From the IMG/VR virus record IMGVR_UViG_3300026488_000010: a stretch of 64,000 bases of DNA. One strand, written 5' to 3'. Source of the DNA: a virus. A program made the position numbers and the translations under genes. Below the pieces are notes generated by a model. It was not told the origin of the DNA and made no database searches. It worked only from the letters and a program-made list of their open reading frames with translations. Below are positions 19,240 through 29,085 of this stretch, piece by piece. Position 1 is the stretch's first letter. The number at the start of each line of letters is the position of its first letter.

Positions 19240-20067
19240 ATGTTTATTAAATTTTTAGGAAGTGGTTCAGCATTTGTATTAGGTAAAGAAAATTACCAAT
19301 CAAATATATTAATTTCAAAAGAAGTTAAAAATATTGAAAGAGAAATTGTTACAAAACATTTATTATATGATGCAGGCACAACTATTCCTGAGGCTCTAAA
19401 TTATTTTGATATGACGCCACAAGACTTAGATATAGTTTACATTAGCCACTTACATGCTGACCATGCCGGAGGCATTGAATACTTAGCATTCAAGACATAT
19501 TTTGAACAATTTCCATTTGGTCAAAAAAAGATTAATCTTGTTTGTCATAAGTCAATATTATTTAATGGTTGGGATAATACTTGGAAAGGTGGATTACAAA
19601 GTATCCAAGGAATGACAAATTCATTAGAATCTTATTTTTGGACACATTATTTAGAATCGAACGATGAGTTTGATTTTCATGGTACACTTATGAAACCTAT
19701 TCAAACAGTTCATGTTGTTGATGATCGAATGATTAATCCAATTTATGGTCTAATGTTTGATCACGAAAAAGAAACAGTATTTATAACGGGTGATAGTCAA
19801 TTTGCACCAAATCAAATGCTTACATATTTTCACATGGCAGATATTATATTTCACGATTGTGAATTTGCAGAGTACCCAAATTCGGTTCATGCGCAGTTTC
19901 ATCAATTAAAAACATTATCTGAAGATACAAAAAAGAAAATGTGGTTATATCATTATTCATTAGGTGATAAACATATTTGGGAATTGGAACAAGAAGTTTT
20001 AGCTGCAGGGTTTGCAGGTATAGTTAGAAAGGGTCAAGAATTTAAAATAGGAAAAGAAAATGTTTAA
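19240..20067 (+). CDS. apyc1: MBL-fold hydrolase, Apyc1-like (anti-Pycsar cyclic pyrimidine phosphodiesterase)
   Basis: GSGSAF, SHLHADHAGGIE, KKINL, W.N..KGGL, GDSQF, IFHDC, VHA, WLYHY in Apyc1 order. Confidence 0.7.
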   Translation: MFIKFLGSGSAFVLGKENYQSNILISKEVKNIEREIVTKHLLYDAGTTIPEALNYFDMTPQDLDIVYISHLHADHAGGIEYLAFKTYFEQFPFGQKKINLVCHKSILFNGWDNTWKGGLQSIQGMTNSLESYFWTHYLESNDEFDFHGTLMKPIQTVHVVDDRMINPIYGLMFDHEKETVFITGDSQFAPNQMLTYFHMADIIFHDCEFAEYPNSVHAQFHQLKTLSEDTKKKMWLYHYSLGDKHIWELEQEVLAAGFAGIVRKGQEFKIGKENV

Positions 20068-20569
20068 TAAAGTTATATTATTAGGAAATCTAACAAGAGC
20101 TGTTGAGTTACAATATCTACAAAATGCAACAGCATTAGGTAAAACAGCAATTGCTGTTAACAATCATTATATAAATAGTGTTGGTGCAAAGGTCGATGAG
20201 ACAATGTATATTGATTGTACATTTTGGGGGAAGACTGCTGAGAATGCAAATAAGTATCTTAGAACTGGTTCAAAACTATTATTAGAAGGTTCACTAATGT
20301 TTGAACAATGGGTTGATCAAAATGGTATGAAAAGATCAAAGCATTCATTAAAAGTTAGTAGAATGGAAATGTTAGATTCAAAACCACAAGTTGCTGCTCC
20401 AACACAGGGTGGAGTATATCCTCCAATACAACAAACAGTTGTTCAAACTGGTCACCCAACGACTCATGTTCACTCTCCTCAACCAGAGGTGCAACAACCA
20501 GTTGCACAATATGCACAACCAACATATATTCCACAGATTGATATAGATGAAGATGAAATACCATTTTAA
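20060..20569 (+). CDS. ssb: Bacterial-type single-stranded DNA-binding protein
   Basis: MFNKVILLGNLTR, LEGSL...W; acidic tail IDIDEDEIPF. Confidence 0.92.
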   Translation: MFNKVILLGNLTRAVELQYLQNATALGKTAIAVNNHYINSVGAKVDETMYIDCTFWGKTAENANKYLRTGSKLLLEGSLMFEQWVDQNGMKRSKHSLKVSRMEMLDSKPQVAAPTQGGVYPPIQQTVVQTGHPTTHVHSPQPEVQQPVAQYAQPTYIPQIDIDEDEIPF

Positions 20570-20613
20570 AATGGTATATTCTACTATAAATTAAAATTCA
20601 AAAAGGTTACAAA

Positions 20614-21378
20614 ATGGAAATAGATATATCAGAAAAAATAAAAAGATTAGACAATGTGCTTACAAAATCTAAAAAGTCAAATATTGATATGTTTGAAAAC
20701 TCACTTAATAATGCAAAAGATGTTTATTTAGAAATGTTTTTATCTAATTCAAATGGTAAAATTAGAAGAGCCACAGACTCTCCAGAAAGTATTGGAATAA
20801 ATACAATACAAAAATTTAACACAATTGCAGAAAAATATCAGAAAAATTCAAAAAGAATGAAAAAAAATCCAAAAGATAAAGGGTTATTTAATAAGGGTGA
20901 GCAGATGATGCGTGAATTAAAAATTCACGCATTAATTTTGAATTCTGTTATACAATTAATACACAATGATTTAAGTTTAGTGGTTATAGAATTTTTAAAA
21001 CGTGTTAAAAAAGTTAAACCAAAAGAATCATTAATTGATAATATCAATACATATACAAATCTATTTACTATGTTTGAATATGAAAACTTATTGTATTTAA
21101 ATAAAGTTCGCAACATGTTGGCGCATTCATTAAGTATTACCAGGGTAATACTTAATGATGATATATCTAATGATATAGTAAAATTTTTTGAAAATAATAT
21201 AAAATGTCGCCGAACATTATTATTAGAATTAATGATTCAAGACATTGAAGATATAAATTCAAAAAATTTTGTCGACTCTGATGAGTATGATAGTTTATCT
21301 GATGACGAGCAAGTACTTGCTCGTGAATTTGCAGATTCTTTTTTAATATTTTTAAAAAATAAATTAGTAAATAGATGA
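20614..21378 (+). CDS. Hypothetical helical protein with a possible HEPN-type RxxxxH motif
   Basis: KVRNMLAH; no other recognisable motif. Confidence 0.55.
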   Translation: MEIDISEKIKRLDNVLTKSKKSNIDMFENSLNNAKDVYLEMFLSNSNGKIRRATDSPESIGINTIQKFNTIAEKYQKNSKRMKKNPKDKGLFNKGEQMMRELKIHALILNSVIQLIHNDLSLVVIEFLKRVKKVKPKESLIDNINTYTNLFTMFEYENLLYLNKVRNMLAHSLSITRVILNDDISNDIVKFFENNIKCRRTLLLELMIQDIEDINSKNFVDSDEYDSLSDDEQVLAREFADSFLIFLKNKLVNR

Positions 21379-21394
21379 AAATAAAGGAGAATAA

Positions 21395-22549
21395 ATGAAA
21401 TATCATTTACCAGATAGAGAAGAGTGTTTAACTTTAACAACAGAAACAGATGCATTTTATGTTTCCGAAACAGTTGTTGAAGGATATAAAGTTGAAATGT
21501 ATGATTATAGATTAGCATCATATGATGATTTCTTTCCCGATGGTGAAGATTGGTCAGAATTAAGAGGTTTAACTTTTATATACGATCCAGAGAGAAAAGA
21601 GTGGGATAGATTCTTAGCATTAAATAAGTTTTTTAATGTGAATCAAACTATTGGTTCGATGTATGAAGATGTTGTAAAAGAAACAATTATTAAAGTTCAA
21701 GATAAATTAGATGGTTCGATGATTACGTTTGTTAAATTTCCCAATGGTGTGATACGAGCAAAATCAAAAATGTCTTTTATTAGCTCACAAGCTAAAATGG
21801 CTCAAGATATTTTCGATAGTTCAAAAAATATTAAAAGATTAGTTTGTTCATCTTTAGAAACATACAGTTCATGTGTTTTTGAATTAGTGAGTCCTAAGAA
21901 TCAAATTGTTTTGGAATATCAAAACACTCGTTTAGTGTTATTACAATATAGAACATCTAATGGTGAATATCACGACTCTAAAGATTTATCAGATACATAT
22001 AGAGTTCAACATTCTAAAGAATTTGAATATACTTTAGATGAAATGATGGATCTTCGTGGTCGATCAGAAGGTATTGAAGGTTGGGTTATAACAACATCAA
22101 ATGGAATGTATAAAATCAAGACAACTTGGTATATGCAATTACATGGTTTAGTAACTGAAGGAACTAGAGAAAATCTTTTAATTCAAACAATACTAGATGA
22201 TAATATAGATGATGTTATTGCACAGTTAGAGAATGGTGAAAAAAAAGATTTTATAGTTGAAACAACTGCAAAAGTTCAACATAAAGTTAATCACATCATT
22301 AAAGAGTTTAAAGATTTAGCATTAAAATTTTCATTAGAATATCATGATAAAAAATCATTTGCTAAAAAATATAACAAACATCCGTGTTTCCATATGGTTG
22401 TTAAAGTAATTGATTTAATTGATATTAATACGATCGAAACAATTGCAGAATATAGAGTAAAAGAACATGTTTTATTTAGTACTAGAAAGTTAAATATGGC
22501 TCAAGAGTGGTTAGAAGATTTAGAAAATATAGAAGATATAAAAGGTTAA
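21395..22549 (+). CDS. rnlA: RNA ligase 1 (T4 RnlA family)
   Basis: KFFN, KLDGS (motif I), FELVSPKNQIVLEY, EGWV, KIK. Confidence 0.88.
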   Translation: MKYHLPDREECLTLTTETDAFYVSETVVEGYKVEMYDYRLASYDDFFPDGEDWSELRGLTFIYDPERKEWDRFLALNKFFNVNQTIGSMYEDVVKETIIKVQDKLDGSMITFVKFPNGVIRAKSKMSFISSQAKMAQDIFDSSKNIKRLVCSSLETYSSCVFELVSPKNQIVLEYQNTRLVLLQYRTSNGEYHDSKDLSDTYRVQHSKEFEYTLDEMMDLRGRSEGIEGWVITTSNGMYKIKTTWYMQLHGLVTEGTRENLLIQTILDDNIDDVIAQLENGEKKDFIVETTAKVQHKVNHIIKEFKDLALKFSLEYHDKKSFAKKYNKHPCFHMVVKVIDLIDINTIETIAEYRVKEHVLFSTRKLNMAQEWLEDLENIEDIKG

Positions 22550-22552
22550 TAT

Positions 22553-23641
22553 ATGAATGAATCAAAAGAAGTAATAACGTCAGTTACAGATGAAGTTACT
22601 CGAGATAAATTAGTGACTTGGTTTTGCCAAACGCATCCAATTCCTGTTCGTCGTATGAAAGAAGTTAATCATTTTCCCGATGATAGAGTTGATCACCCAT
22701 TTCACGGCGAAGGTTCAGTATGGACTCATGTGATGATGGTAATGACGCATATTATGTGTGATGCAAATCTAACAATTTATCAAAAAAATATTTTGTTATT
22801 AGTGGCGCTATTTCACGATCTTGGAAAACCAGCTGCCTTTCGTATTAAAGTTGATACAAAGAGAAACATTGAAAAACATTCATTTGATGGTCACGAAGGT
22901 GTTAGTGTTTTTAAAGCTCTTGATTATTGGGGCTCCTTGGAAAAAGAGTTTAATTTCTATGCTAACTCTGATGTAAAATTATTAGTACTTGAATTAATTG
23001 GTAGACATGGTACAAATATAATTCAAGATGATCATGATATAGAGTTTCTTCAAAAAAGATTTAGAGTTGCAGATAAGGAAGGTGCAATTAGAAATATTGA
23101 TGAAAATATCTTTGCGCAATATCCTAAAGTTAAATTAGCAAAAAGAGGTACAGATAAAGATAATAAAAAACTTGTTATATTAACAGGTTTACAGGGTTCT
23201 GGTAAAACAACATATGCTAGAGAATTAGATAAAGATGGATATTATATTCTCTCACGAGATGATGAAATTTTGACGTTTTGTGAAGCGTATGATGAAATCA
23301 ATGATTATGGTCAAGCATGGGAATATCTTTATTCTGATGAAAATAGATTAAAAAGCTTTGATGAATATTTTGATCGTCTAATTATTGATGTCTCTAAATA
23401 TCAAGATAAAGTGGTTGTCGACATGATGATGCTAACTGTTTCACAACGTCGCAAAATGTTAAATGTCTTTTCAAATTTTGAAAAGAGAAGTGTAGTGTTT
23501 TTAACATCATTATCTGAACTTATTAAAATTAACGAAAAACGTGGAAAAGTTAGTACCCAAAAATTAAAAGATTCTGTTCGAAAATTTATATGGCCACTAA
23601 AAGAAGAAGGTTTTGTAGATGTCAAATATATTATCAGATAG
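22553..23641 (+). CDS. HD-domain phosphoesterase fused to a P-loop polynucleotide kinase (HD-Pnk-like)
   Basis: HGEGSVWTH, LFHDLGKP, HEGVS; GLQGSGKTT, LSRD, VVD; adjacent to the RNA ligase. Confidence 0.8.
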   Translation: MNESKEVITSVTDEVTRDKLVTWFCQTHPIPVRRMKEVNHFPDDRVDHPFHGEGSVWTHVMMVMTHIMCDANLTIYQKNILLLVALFHDLGKPAAFRIKVDTKRNIEKHSFDGHEGVSVFKALDYWGSLEKEFNFYANSDVKLLVLELIGRHGTNIIQDDHDIEFLQKRFRVADKEGAIRNIDENIFAQYPKVKLAKRGTDKDNKKLVILTGLQGSGKTTYARELDKDGYYILSRDDEILTFCEAYDEINDYGQAWEYLYSDENRLKSFDEYFDRLIIDVSKYQDKVVVDMMMLTVSQRRKMLNVFSNFEKRSVVFLTSLSELIKINEKRGKVSTQKLKDSVRKFIWPLKEEGFVDVKYIIR

Positions 23642-23882
23642 ATTTGAGTTTAAACGAGAAGGTGATAATCTTCTCGTCTGGAATAAATCTAGGAATGTTT
23701 TTAGAAAATTTGATCCGATACCAACAACAATTGAATGTGATGCAGAAGATACATATATATCATTTGGTAGACACAATTTTAAATTGTTTATTTACGATAA
23801 AGATGAGAAAAAAAGAGTGTTTGAAAAATTAATGAACACTATTTTTCAAACAGATAAGATTAATACGACAAAAAGTTTTTAA
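23619..23882 (+). CDS. Hypothetical protein
   Basis: Overlapping co-oriented ORF. Confidence 0.5.
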   Translation: MSNILSDRFEFKREGDNLLVWNKSRNVFRKFDPIPTTIECDAEDTYISFGRHNFKLFIYDKDEKKRVFEKLMNTIFQTDKINTTKSF

Positions 23883-23894
23883 AGGAAATTAAAA

Positions 23895-24749
23895 ATGAAT
23901 ATTATAACGAGATACAACAATGGTAACTATCAAGTAACTATTGAAGAAGATGGTACAAAAACTAGAGTATGTCTTGACAATGAATTTAAACCATTACGTC
24001 CTGAAACATTAGATATTAACATAAGTAATCACTGTGTACATAATTGCCCATTCTGTTACATAGATGCATCTGATAATGGTAAACATGGTAAATTAGATTT
24101 ACCTATTCTACTAAATTTAAAAAAAGGTACAGAGATCGCAATTAACTATGCAAAGCATCCAGGATTATATCAATTTTTATGTCGTATGAAAGATAGAGGT
24201 ATCATTAGCAATATGACCGTTAATCAAAAAGATTTGGATGATGAACAAACTCGATCTTTCATTATGATGCTACTTGATAAAAAGCTTATATTTGGCTTAG
24301 GTGTGTCAGTAAACTCTATTGATACTTTGTATCGTATTGACAATAATAATGTCGTATATCACGTTATTGCAGGTATTACACCTATTGTTGTAATAGAAGA
24401 ACTAATTCACCATAAATCAAAAATATTGATACTAGGATATAAGACAAAAGGTCGCGGTGAAAATGTGACTCCTCGATTGGAACGTATTCAAAACGAGATT
24501 AAAAGATTACTAACAATTAATGAAAGTGTTATTAGTTTTGATAATAATGCTTTAGAACAATTAGGAATTCGTGATCTAGTTTCTGACGATATTTGGGAAG
24601 ATCATTTTATGGGAGATGAAGGAGCATTCTCAATGTATGTTGATACAGTTGAACGCAAATATTATGTGTCATCAACACATGAAGAAGGTTATGATATTAA
24701 CGATTTAACTATCGAACCATTGTTTAAATATATTCAAAAGATTAGATAA
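23895..24749 (+). CDS. Radical SAM protein
   Basis: CVHNCPFCY (CxxxCxxC). Confidence 0.85.
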   Translation: MNIITRYNNGNYQVTIEEDGTKTRVCLDNEFKPLRPETLDINISNHCVHNCPFCYIDASDNGKHGKLDLPILLNLKKGTEIAINYAKHPGLYQFLCRMKDRGIISNMTVNQKDLDDEQTRSFIMMLLDKKLIFGLGVSVNSIDTLYRIDNNNVVYHVIAGITPIVVIEELIHHKSKILILGYKTKGRGENVTPRLERIQNEIKRLLTINESVISFDNNALEQLGIRDLVSDDIWEDHFMGDEGAFSMYVDTVERKYYVSSTHEEGYDINDLTIEPLFKYIQKIR

Positions 24750-24970
24750 TGATTAAAGTTTGTAGTGATACAATTGAAACAGATGATAAAAAATTCGATT
24801 TTGAGCATAAGATTCAAATAATGATTCGAGAAAATAATATTATGGAAGATGATATTATTAATATTGAAACAAGTGTTATGCATACACCTAAAAGATGGTA
24901 TGATTATTTTATAAGCATACAGATAATATATAAATTAAATAAGGAAATTAAAAATGAACGCAAATTTTAA
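24749..24970 (+). CDS. Hypothetical protein
   Basis: Coupled ORF (TAATG). Confidence 0.5.
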   Translation: MIKVCSDTIETDDKKFDFEHKIQIMIRENNIMEDDIINIETSVMHTPKRWYDYFISIQIIYKLNKEIKNERKF

Positions 24971-25790
24971 AATAGAAGTCACAAATGGTAAGGTTGGACA
25001 TGGAATGTCGATTAGTGATATCGGCTACAAAGTATCTAAGTTTAATGCTGGGGAAATTAATATCAAATTAGAAGATCATCATTATACAAATTCATTTATA
25101 ACTATTTCTATAACTGGGAATATAACGTCTTCTGACGATATCATGGAGCTATTATTATTAAATGACGCAATAGAAAGAAAATATGTATATGAGAGAAAAC
25201 TTCTTAATATGTTTTATGTTCCATATTCTAGACAAGATAGATTGTGCAATACTGGAGAATCTTTAAGTATTAAAGTATTTGCCAATTTAATTAATTCTTG
25301 TAATTTTGATACAGTGTATACTAAAAATAATCACTCAGATGTATCAACTGCTTTAATTAATAATTGTATAGATTTAGAAGTTCATGACATTATTCCTAAG
25401 AATTTAGCAATTGATTATGATTATGTTATTTCTCCCGATGCTGGAGCAAATAAAAAAACATTTAAGCTTTCACAAAAATATAATATTCCTATGATTCAAG
25501 CAGATAAAACTCGTGATACTAAGACAGGCGACATCACAGGAACAGTTGTACATTCTGATTGGCAAACTATGGGTGGAACTAAGGTATTAATTATTGATGA
25601 TATATGTGATGGAGGTAGAACTTTTTTAGAGCTATCTAAAGCTTTAAAATTATTGGACGTTCGTTCTATTGATTTATATGTAACTCATGGAATATTTGAA
25701 AATGGTTTAGATGCAATGAAAGATGCTGGTATTGAAAATTTTTACTGCTCTAACAATCTATTTGAATGTGAAGGAGTAAAATTAATATGA
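24954..25790 (+). CDS. prs: Ribose-phosphate pyrophosphokinase family protein; candidate NARP1 Adps (ADPR-PP synthetase)
   Basis: PYSRQDR, SPDAGA, KTRD, IDDICDGGRTF, THGIF. Confidence 0.85.
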   Translation: MNANFKIEVTNGKVGHGMSISDIGYKVSKFNAGEINIKLEDHHYTNSFITISITGNITSSDDIMELLLLNDAIERKYVYERKLLNMFYVPYSRQDRLCNTGESLSIKVFANLINSCNFDTVYTKNNHSDVSTALINNCIDLEVHDIIPKNLAIDYDYVISPDAGANKKTFKLSQKYNIPMIQADKTRDTKTGDITGTVVHSDWQTMGGTKVLIIDDICDGGRTFLELSKALKLLDVRSIDLYVTHGIFENGLDAMKDAGIENFYCSNNLFECEGVKLI

Positions 25791-26134
25791 AAAAATTTGT
25801 AAATTCAGTTGCAAAATTTGATTGGGCAATTACAGAAGTTGAAAAACTCAGAGATTTTTTGATTGAAACAGATGGGGACTTTGAAAATATGGAAGAGATC
25901 GCGACAGAGATTCGAGGTAAGCGCGCAGTGTTTATACAAGAAAATTTCTTCTGTGCAGAAGATGAATGTACACATTATGTTGTCACAGATAACGAAAATA
26001 ATAAAGAAACATTTGATGGGGTAATGATTGCACAAAATAAACTTATTGATGAGTTATCAGTTGGATATATGTTATATTTTAAGACACCGAATGGATTAAA
26101 AAGATTCTCAACATTTAATTGGACAGTAAGATGA
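25787..26134 (+). CDS. Hypothetical protein
   Basis: ATGA-coupled ORF between the prs-like and NAMPT-like genes. Confidence 0.55.
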   Translation: MKKFVNSVAKFDWAITEVEKLRDFLIETDGDFENMEEIATEIRGKRAVFIQENFFCAEDECTHYVVTDNENNKETFDGVMIAQNKLIDELSVGYMLYFKTPNGLKRFSTFNWTVR

Positions 26135-26165
26135 TGTTAAATAATACTATAAAATATTTAACATC
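26133..26165. promoter_or_regulatory. 11-bp inverted repeat around a TACTATAAA loop, upstream of the NAMPT-like gene
   Basis: GATGTTAAATA / TATTTAACATC. Confidence 0.4.
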
Positions 26166-26216
26166 TGTATGTATTACATTAAATTATATTAAATTAGCAA
26201 CAACAAAGGAAAATTA

Positions 26217-28136
26217 ATGAATAATGAAAGACAAAAATCAGTGTTAACAATGGTAGATTTCTATAAAGTTGATCACATCAGTCAATATCCAAAAGGCCAA
26301 ACAACAGGCACTACAAATGTTTTTAGTAATTTTACACCTCGTTCAGCTAGACTATTTAATGGTTCATCTGAGTATGATAATAAAATTGTGAATTTTGGTA
26401 TGCAACGATATGCAATGGATTATTTAGTTAATGAATGGAATGATACATTCTTTGATCGTTCAAAATCAAAATCAGTCCAAAAATATAAAAGACGAATGGA
26501 TAATGCGTTAGGAAAAGATGCTGTTAAAATTACACAAATTGAAGCGTTATATGATCTAGGTTATTTACCATTAGTAATTAGATCGTTACCTGAAGGTGTA
26601 AGATCACCAATTGGTGTACCAGTGTTTACGGTTACAAATACACATGATGACTTCTTTTGGTTAGTAAACTATATTGAATCAGTTACAAGTACAGAAACTT
26701 GGAAAGCATATACAATGGCAACTGTTGCTTTTGAATTTAGAAGAACATTTGAAAAATATGCTGAACTCACAGGTGCTGATAAGAATTTTATTCAATTTCA
26801 AGGGCACGATTTTAGCATGAGAGGTCTTGGAAATAGACACGAAGCATATACAAATAGTATTTCCCACTTAGCTTGTTTTTCTGGAACAGATACAATTGCT
26901 GCCATTGATGGGGCTGAAGATTTCTATTTCGCAAACTCTGATAAAGAATTAGTAGGTACAAGTGTATATGCTTCTGAGCACGCTACAATTACTATGAATA
27001 TTGGAACTTATATCTCTGCACGTACAAAAGGTATTTGTAAAATTGCAAGTAATTTACCAGGGCGCTCTGATGAGTGGTTGAATACTGATTGGCAATCTGA
27101 TATTAATGATTGTATTGCTGATGGTATTAAATTTATTGAAACTCAAGATGGGTCATTTTTTGAAATTATTGCAGATTGGCAAGTTAAAAATTGTACAAGA
27201 ATGTATGCACATAAAAACTCGTCAATGGATTTAGATGATTTAGAAGATAGACAACAGGCAGAATTACAAGTTCTTAAATATATGATTACTGAAGTATATC
27301 CAACTGGTATTTATTCTCACGTGTCTGATTCATATGATTATTGGCATACTCTTTCAGTAACCTTAGAAAAGTTAAAAGATATTATTCTTGCGAGAGAAGT
27401 AAATGAGATCGGCTTAGCCAAGTTAACGATTAGACCAGATTCAGGAAATCCTGAAAAAATTATTTGTGGATTAAAGATTAAGACCCTTAATATTAATGAA
27501 ATCGCACCTACACCAAATGAATTAACTCCTGTGAAAATTAATAATTATGCAAATAATACAATCCAAAGAGATTATTATGATGGTTATTTTTATAATGGTA
27601 TAAATTATGATTGGGATGGTAAAGAATTATCAGATGCTGAAACTAAAGGTTCATTAGAAGTTTTATGGAATATTTTTGGTGGAATCGTTAATGATAAAGG
27701 ATTTAGAGTCCTTAACCCAAGAGTAGGTTTAATTTATGGTGATTCAATCACTACTGTTAGACAAGAGCAAATATTAAAGAGAATGATGGAAATGGGATTC
27801 GCATCTGATAATATCATATTTGGTATCGGTTCATATTCATATCAATACATGACAAGAGATTCATTAGGCTTTGCAATGAAAGCAACATGTGGAACAGTTG
27901 ATGGAAAATTGATTCCAATTTTCAAAGACCCAAAAACTGATTCTGGTACTAAAAAATCGGCTAAAGGGTTATTAGCTGTAAATTTAGTTGATGGTGAATA
28001 TGTTTTAAAACAAAACTGTACTTGGGCCGATGTTAAATCATCAGATAATAAATTAAATATTGTTTTCCAGGATGGTGAGCTTAAAAACTTAACAACTTTA
28101 GACGACATTAGAGAACGTATTAACTCTGAATTTTAG
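26217..28136 (+). CDS. nadV: Nicotinamide phosphoribosyltransferase family protein; candidate NARP1 Namat
   Basis: DFYKVDHISQYP, HDFSMRG, SEH, VSDSYD, IRPDSG, LIYGDSI, FGIGS, FAMKAT, KDPKTDSGTKKSAKG. Confidence 0.9.
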   Translation: MNNERQKSVLTMVDFYKVDHISQYPKGQTTGTTNVFSNFTPRSARLFNGSSEYDNKIVNFGMQRYAMDYLVNEWNDTFFDRSKSKSVQKYKRRMDNALGKDAVKITQIEALYDLGYLPLVIRSLPEGVRSPIGVPVFTVTNTHDDFFWLVNYIESVTSTETWKAYTMATVAFEFRRTFEKYAELTGADKNFIQFQGHDFSMRGLGNRHEAYTNSISHLACFSGTDTIAAIDGAEDFYFANSDKELVGTSVYASEHATITMNIGTYISARTKGICKIASNLPGRSDEWLNTDWQSDINDCIADGIKFIETQDGSFFEIIADWQVKNCTRMYAHKNSSMDLDDLEDRQQAELQVLKYMITEVYPTGIYSHVSDSYDYWHTLSVTLEKLKDIILAREVNEIGLAKLTIRPDSGNPEKIICGLKIKTLNINEIAPTPNELTPVKINNYANNTIQRDYYDGYFYNGINYDWDGKELSDAETKGSLEVLWNIFGGIVNDKGFRVLNPRVGLIYGDSITTVRQEQILKRMMEMGFASDNIIFGIGSYSYQYMTRDSLGFAMKATCGTVDGKLIPIFKDPKTDSGTKKSAKGLLAVNLVDGEYVLKQNCTWADVKSSDNKLNIVFQDGELKNLTTLDDIRERINSEF

Positions 28137-28298
28137 ATGAGAACTTTAGATGAATGTTTAAAAATTGTCATGAGAGGAGAAGATCATCTTCTCTCTGATG
28201 ATGAAATGGAACAAGTTCAAGATGAGTTAACAAAAACAAACGATTTGATATTAGATACAGATATATTTCTTAAAGAATTAAAAAACATAAAGGACTAA
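28137..28298 (+). CDS. Small hypothetical protein (53 aa, not in the ORF track)
   Basis: ATG immediately after the upstream stop; fills the gap. Confidence 0.45.
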   Translation: MRTLDECLKIVMRGEDHLLSDDEMEQVQDELTKTNDLILDTDIFLKELKNIKD

Positions 28299-28384
28299 TA
28301 TGAGCAATTTACTAGGATGGGGAAAAGTTAATTATTTAGCAGATTTTAACAGAGATAGAATATCTAAAGAAATAGGTTTTCAGA

Positions 28385-28819
28385 ATGTGTAAATATAAAA
28401 TAAGATTATCACATAGTTTTATTGAAGACTTAAAAAGTATTATGATTGGGGTATTAGCGCTTGCTATCTTAGGGTTAGTTACAACAATCGCATCATTTAT
28501 TTTGGGAATGTGTATTTTATATATGTTTCCTCAAGTTGAAAATCTTCTCAATCACGATATGACACAATATGGAAAATATATTGGAGCAGGCTTCTCAGGC
28601 ATTATTATTTTATTAAGTGCTTTTGCATCTATAATGATTCCTCGAGAAGATTATAGAGAAAAAAAGATTATGCACGATTTTAGACAAGAACATATTAATG
28701 ATGAATCTGTAGAATATTCTTTGAAGAAATATTTTTTAGATAAACTATCTTTTATGATAGTTTGTGAAACAACAGTTATCAAATCTAAAAAAAGAGGGTC
28801 AGGTGAGACCTCAAATTAG
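28385..28819 (+). CDS. Membrane protein with two predicted transmembrane helices
   Basis: Two long hydrophobic segments. Confidence 0.6.
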   Translation: MCKYKIRLSHSFIEDLKSIMIGVLALAILGLVTTIASFILGMCILYMFPQVENLLNHDMTQYGKYIGAGFSGIIILLSAFASIMIPREDYREKKIMHDFRQEHINDESVEYSLKKYFLDKLSFMIVCETTVIKSKKRGSGETSN

Positions 28820-28827
28820 GATCATAT

Positions 28828-29085
28828 ATGAAACCTGAAAATCGAAAAATGTATCTAGACAAGTCGAAAACTGATTGGAAATTACATGAAAATGGAAAAA
28901 AGGTTTTAAATTGGTGGGAAGATATAATCACTAATGGTACTGGTACAATAAAAGATGAAATACAAAAAGAGATTGATGATGGTATTGATGAATATTTAGA
29001 GTTTGATCGCGAAAATTTAGATCAAACAAAAGAAGATAAAAAAGATTATAATAATTTAATACAAGAAGGTATAAATGGACTATAA
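28828..29085 (+). CDS. Hypothetical protein
   Basis: AGGA RBS. Confidence 0.55.
   Translation: MKPENRKMYLDKSKTDWKLHENGKKVLNWWEDIITNGTGTIKDEIQKEIDDGIDEYLEFDRENLDQTKEDKKDYNNLIQEGINGL

Noticed and set aside
23895-24749. Radical SAM protein as QueE completing the preQ0 pathway
   Set aside because: It lacks the QueE F.R..GC..C..CD pattern and is far from queD
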